From Macrostomum hystrix (lineage: Eukaryota > Animalia > Platyhelminthes): a stretch of DNA of 64,000 nt. Both the position numbers and the translations under genes were made by a program. Of this stretch, positions 58,201 through 64,000 are shown piece by piece. The notes under the pieces were generated by a model, which saw only the letters and a program-made list of their open reading frames with translations, did no database searches and was not told the origin of the DNA. Location of the stretch: assembly GCA_950097015.1 (NCBI GenBank), contig CATNEN010000007.1:4774001-4838000 (forward strand). The letters are read 5' to 3'. Numbering within the stretch: position 1 is the stretch's first letter; every line of letters begins with the position of its first letter.

Positions 58201-61200
58201 TGGGATTCCTGCTGTGAGTCAGTTCGCAGCTGGCCCCTGTTATCGCATATTTCTTGGAATATGCGGCGAGTTTTGTTTGAGTAGAGAGCGAGCTCAATAG
58301 GAAGCAGTGCCAGGTAGATATGATTCCCGAACTCACCTGATTGCCCAGGCCCTCTTTGCGAGAAGAATCCGATTTCTGTTGGGCGCTGTTGGAAATGAAT
58401 AGCGAAATGCAGCTCATAAATGTGCTCAAGTGTGCTCATAATTGTGCTCATGTATGCGAAACCAAATGTAGGAGAGGCTAGATTTGTGGCCGGAGGACAG
58501 ATTAATGAGGTGAGGAGGAAAATCGATTAGGGCCTGCTGATGAGGCTGCGGCCTGGGTGAAGAGGACTGCAATGCTGCACTACTAGAGTGCACGCGAAGT
58601 ACTTTTCTAGTCGGTTTTTGGCAAGTGATTTTCCGTGCGCTGAATGCGCTAATTTCTGATGAGGCCAGATGGGTTTAGGAGAGCTTTGGAAAGCAAGCTG
58701 GCTTGGCTTTGCTAAGCCTTTGTGTAACCAGGAAATGGGGAAACTTTTTTGAATGCGGATTAGAGAACCGAGAAGAGAATGGGGAGAAATGCTAGACTGA
58801 CTTTGCAAATCCAATGAAGTCCTCGTGGTTGGTGTTCATGTAGGCCAACTGAATGTCAACCAGCAGCAGCAGCTGGGACTTTGACTTGCTCTCCTGCTCA
58901 CGGATCCGGTTTGTGACGATACTCTCCGTGGCCTCGCGCAGTCTGGGATAGCAGGACATCCGCTCGGTGCACTGGTGCACAACATTCACCAGCTCCTCCA
59001 CCACCATGTCCACGCATTTCAGCGTCGGCTCCTTCATCCGGGCAATCTGCTGCTTGACGATGGTCTCGAATGCCATGTCGGGAGTGAAGAGGCCGGTCCG
59101 GATGCCGTGAATGTTGCGGATGGCGTAGCTGATCTCCTTGCGCAACTCACGCTCGTCTGACTCCGTCTGACAAGGCGGGGAGATTGACACTGAGTAGCTG
59201 ACACAAACTGACAAATCTGACACAAACTGACAAATCTGACACAAACTGACAAATCTGACACAAACTGACAAATCTGACACAAACTGACAAATCTGACACA
59301 AACTGACAAATCTGACACGAACTGACAAATCTGACAGAAACTGACAAATCTGACACGAACTGACAAATCTGACACAAACTGACAAATCTGACGCAAACTG
59401 ACAAATCTGACGCAAACTGACAAATCTGACACAAACTGAAACTGAGTAGCTGACACAAACTGACAAATCTGACACAAACTGAAACTGAGTAGCTGACACA
59501 AACTGACAAATCTGACGCAAACTGACAAATCTGACGCAAACTGACAAATCTGACGCAAACTGACAAATCTGACACAAACTGACAAATCTGACACAAACTG
59601 ACAAATCTGACACAAACTGACAAATCTGACACAAACTGACAAATCTGACACAAACTGACAAATCTGACGCAAACTGACAAATCTGACACAAACTGACAAA
59701 TCTGACACAAACTGAAACTTAGTAGCTGTCACAAACTGAAACAAAGTAGCTGACAGTTCCTGACACAAACTGAAACTGAGTAGCTGACACAAACTGACAC
59801 AAAGTAGCTGACAGTTCCTGACACACACTGACACTGAGTAGCTGAAAACGTTTTTAATTTACGCAATGCGGCTCTAAAATGAGAGGAATCCTGAGGTTTT
59901 TTTACTCCTGCTTTTACACTTCAGGTTATCCACGCACGGAATCCTACTCCCTTTGGTACTTATTCTTTTTACGGAGAAAAAGTGCACTATAAAAGTTGAA
60001 CCAGAAGAAAGGTCAACGGTGTGGTGTAGGGCACCCTAAAAGTTAACTAGGAAGGTTTTCAATCAACTCAACATCTGACAGCGACTGCAGTGCCGGCAGG
60101 TGAGCATCTCTGACTTGAATCTTGAATCTTCCGCACCATTGAGCACTTTCAAAAGTGGTAACCGGGAAAGATTGAATGAGTGAGAGTGGAGGAGCGGTGA
60201 GTCGTTCTGAGCACAGCGCTAAGAACCCTGCAACTCGCCGGTAGGTCGCTCGCAACCGACTGAAGCAGGCCTGCACTGAAGCCATTCCCCACTCGAAATC
60301 CCACTTCCCAGCCTCTGTCTGCGGAGGGCAGAGCGGTGACTTGCACCGGAGCCCAAGTGCTCGGCCGTCCTGCCACACCCACGCCTCTATACTCTACTCC
60401 TGAAGTTGGATCTGGGATTTCTGAGATGGGATCCGAGATTCCTGAGATGGGATTCAGGATTTCTGAAGTAGCATCTAGGGTTCCTAAAGTAGGATCCAGG
60501 ATTCCTGAAGTTGGATCCAGGATTCCTAAAGTAGGATCCAAGATTCCTGAAGTTGGATCCAGGATTCCTGAAGTTGGATCCAGGATTCCTGAAGTTGGAT
60601 CCAGGATTCCTAAAGTAGGATCCAAGATTCCTGAAGTTGGATCCAGGATTCCTGAAGTTGGATCCAGGATTTCTGTGACCAGATGAGGCCAGGCAGTAGT
60701 CTAATGGAGAAGAGAGGTTCGCACTACAGAAAGGGGATAGAAGTGTGGTATGAGCACTGCTCAAGTGCATGGGAACTGGGGGCAGCTGGCGGCGGTGGAA
60801 GCCAGTGGGCGTGTGCGGCCAGGCCAGGAGAGACTGAAAGTGGGAGGCTGGGGTTTCCTCGGGGCGCTGGAGGGGGATAAAAAGCAGGCCAATATCTCCC
60901 CGATCTCTATCCACGCCGCCGTCTATCCGTCTTCGTCTCTCCAATTTAGCCGGAATAGATTGGCGACGCGGCCAGGCTAGGATCGGAGATGGGGACCCGG
61001 GGATTCGGGAAGACTGGCACCGCTAGAGTGCAAGAGGAGGGGAGGCGTGGGGGTTGCCCTGGCACCGAGGCGCAAGTCGGAGCGCGATCGAGCGAGGGGA
61101 CGAACGGGGAGGCCTTGGTCGAGGGGACGCGAGCCGCTGGCGGCTCAAGGCAATCCCGAGCTAGTTATCCCCCCTGACTGGCCACAACTGGAGTTTGGAG

Positions 61201-63497
61201 CGACTGGGGAGACAGTGAAAGACTCGGAGCTTGGGGAGAATTGGGGCCTCAATTTATCCCTTCCACTCCCCATCTTTAACCAGCCAGCCGTTCCACTTTT
61301 ACTCCGCGCGCTGGCCATCGTTTCATCTCTAGTAACGAGATCCTCGCCTGAATCCCCAGAGTCCGCGGGCTAAATTGGAACAAATCCCACTCTGGGAGAA
61401 AGGCTAAAAGTGCACACTGACAAGTGGAATCGGCTTCGACCGGTTTTGAAAGCGGCTGACACAGAAGAGGCCGACAAAGATGCTCTTCACTTTGAGCAGG
61501 AAGAATTTTATATCCTTCTATGCTTTGCTTCAATAAAATACATTCACTGCGGCTGCTCTCAGTCCCTGAGTAGACTCCATTCCTCAGCTAGCAATGCCTG
61601 CACTTAGACACTACCCAGTCCCTGAGTAGACTCCATTCCTCAGCTAGCGCAAGACAGTCGGCTCACCTTGTGCAGCAGGTACATGAATCTCTCGAAGAAG
61701 ATTTTGTTAATTTTGGCGCCACCGGATAATTCCTTGGTGTTGACCTCGCCGGAGCCTTCAATGGCCTGCGTGAACTCCTCCGTGAACTGGTTGATCATTC
61801 TGCGGGTCGGAAAGGGCGGTTGTGAAGATTTGGTTTATGGCAGATCCTGAGCAGGCCAGTTCTACATACTGGCTAAGGCAACTCACGTCATCATGGCCTT
61901 GGTCTTCATTGTTGCGTCGTTCGGATCGAAGTTTCGATACATTCGATACTCAGGCTCCAGGTCTAGCAGCTTGGACTGCAGGGCGCTGCGCAGGGCGGGC
62001 AGCGTCTCCCGGATGTGATTGGTGAGCTGCTGGTTCAGGCAGCGCTGCAGGTAGGAGGTGCCCATCCGCTCGGCCATGTGCCGGTAGGCCGGGTGGGACA
62101 GAAAGAACTTGCGCTCGGCCGCCATGGCTGCGCCGATGTCCTTCTTGCCTTCGATATCCTTCTGCGACCGATTCACGACGCCGATGTAGCCGCGGCGCAG
62201 CGGCAGGAGGCGATTCTCCAGGATGTCGCGCGCGTCCGTGCCCTGGTCCATCAGGTCCAGCTTGGTGATCACGCCAATGGTGCGCGTACCGCTGGGGTCC
62301 ACCTTGAGTGAGGGGGAAGAGGGTGGGATCCCGGGCTCAGGTGCTGTGAAATATTTGGGATATTCTGAAAGGGAATAGCAGAAAGCAGAGAGGATTGCTG
62401 ATCTAATGGGAGTACCTGGGAAAACAGATCTCGCAGACTCACCTCCTTGGCAATCTTGAGAGCGTCGCTATTAGCCAAGTCGGAGTTGGCCGGACTCACA
62501 GCCAGGATGAGGCAGTTGTCCTTGGAAACAAACTCCAAAATCATTGCTCTGATCTGCAGCTCGATGTCCTGCGGCTGGTCGCCCACGGCCACTTTCGTCA
62601 GCCCCGGCAGGTCCACCAAAGTGAGGTTGAGCACATGGGGGCTGTACACCCGCAGCATGATGGGTATGTTGGAGATGCCTTTGTTCTTGCCTGTCAGGCG
62701 ATCCGTTTCATTCTCGATTTCTTGGCGCACTTCGTCGAAGTTGGTGAACCTCTTGCCGCGCAGGTGACCGAACTCCGCGTACTCTGGAGCAAAGGAATTG
62801 AGTCGACAGTTTTATTCAGGCAAATCTTGCAAGCAATTCTAAAGCAACTTGAAATTCACTTGACTTTACCTGTATGGAAGTTAATCAGCTGCAGCACTAA
62901 TGGTCGCCTGGTTACTATTCCAGAGCCGCGTGGGAGGAAATCTCTAAATGAATAAGGAAATTTTATTGTTAACTTTTTGCTTGACAGCTAGTCGGCATCA
63001 ACATTGTTTATTCAACTTGACTAAGTTTAATCATGCCTAACTGCTCAAAGCTTTGATGGCTTGGGATGATTGTTGATAAAACACTTGTTGTTTATTTTTC
63101 ATTATCAAGCTTAGGTGAAGAATTTCGAAGAAACAAGCTTACAATGCACTACAAACATTTTCTGGATAAGAAGAATCCTTTAAAAGTTTCTCAAAGTTTC
63201 TATTCGAAATTAAGTTGAAAGTTGTACCTATCATTTGTTACCATGGTATAAAGTGCATTAACTGTATGAAACGTATGAATATAAAAGCGTAATTTGTAAT
63301 AATTATAATCACAATACTTACTTTCCAACAAAATTTTCCAAAACGCTACTTTTTCCTGCGCTTTGGCTTCCAACAACTGCAATTTGTGGCAAGTCAAACT
63401 TATGGGCTGTGCCCGATGAAGCGCAAGCTTCTTGAAGCTTATTCATAATAAGGATAAGCTGTTCCATGCCAGCGTTTCCTCCAGCTTTGTCTGCCAT
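55238..63497 (-). CDS. DNM: Classical dynamin (GTPase, middle, PH, GED, PRD)
   Basis: Exons 63322-63497, 62870-62943, 62443-62783, 61887-62302, 61667-61799, 58802-59166, 58337-58385, 57572-57685, 57332-57441, 56706-56832, 56184-56333, 55593-56077 all have GT-AG junctions and consistent phase; probable 55397-55420 and an uncertain last exon near 55238-55340. Motifs [53 protein letters not shown], Pro-rich tail. Confidence 0.93.
56415..56650. repeat. Intronic minisatellite, 16-bp unit
   Basis: ACTG(A/G)TTGACCTAC(C/A)A tandem in a dynamin intron. Confidence 0.9.
56870..57331. repeat. Intronic minisatellite, 8/16-bp units
   Basis: CTGACTCA / CTGACTCACTGACCT(A/G) tandem filling the dynamin intron 56833-57331. 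Confidence 0.9.
59190..59845. repeat. Intronic minisatellite, 19-bp unit
   Basis: ACAAACTGACAAATCTGAC tandem directly upstream of the dynamin acceptor at 59167. Confidence 0.9.
60405..60670. repeat. Intronic minisatellite, 21-bp unit
   Basis: GATCCAGGATTCCTGAAGTTG tandem. Confidence 0.9.
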
Positions 63498-64000
63498 TTT
63501 ATTCTTCTTTGAGAAGTAAATTCACTTAAAATAAATGGTAGCTGTATATGAGCAATTACTTAGATTATTCAATGTCAATTGAAACTGGAGAGCTAAAAGA
63601 AAATTTATATAGCCATATACATAAAAATATTATAATTCGCTTTACAAAGCTTGCATTCTGTCGTTTATTTCGCTGCGCATGCTCGAAAGCAGACAACTGC
63701 ACAGTGCACACCAATCACAATGATTATTCAAGTGAGTTATAAATTAAAATCATAATATTTCAGTTAGCACAATCTTTTATAAAGTTCGATGTAGAGAAAA
63801 AAGCATTTTTATTTAAACAAAAATGTATTATAAATGTTTTTCTGTGCTGTAAATTTTACCTACTAATAGTTAGTAAGTAAAAATGTAAATCCTTTGTTTT
63901 GTTTACGTTTGGCGCGAAATTTTAAGTATGAAGAAGACTTGAATTTCTGCTTGAAATTGCTAACATCTAGCTAGCAAGCCTACTTTAAGAGCCTACTTTC

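Noticed and set aside
60043-61533. Short GC-rich ORFs inside the 2.5-kb dynamin intron
   Set aside because: No recognisable domain or dynamin-like duplicate exon; likely repeat relics.

Overview
Eukaryotic (metazoan) genomic DNA. GC3-rich spliced exons, minisatellite-filled introns and AT-rich spacers suggest a free-living flatworm such as Macrostomum; this is an inference from style only. Genes: two tandem giant Cys-rich xxCxC-pentapeptide ORFs (360 aa with ~140 Cys; 818 aa with ~303 Cys; metallothionein-like, sharing an upstream motif set), a 4-exon adducin-like gene, a single-exon Dop1R2-type dopamine receptor, a divergent intronless RPL23/uL14, a 3-exon SLC7 cationic amino acid transporter, two identical tRNA-Phe(GAA) genes, a 3-exon 4-TM protein of unknown function, a 2-exon orphan class A GPCR and a complete classical dynamin (at least 13 exons). 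Mobile DNA: a TA-flanked MITE and a Tc1 element nested in the catalytic motif of a long-TIR IS630-Tc1 element. About 20 minisatellite arrays account for most of the repetitive ORFs in the track. The strongest leads are the giant metallothionein-like pair and intronic minisatellites built from splice-site-like units.
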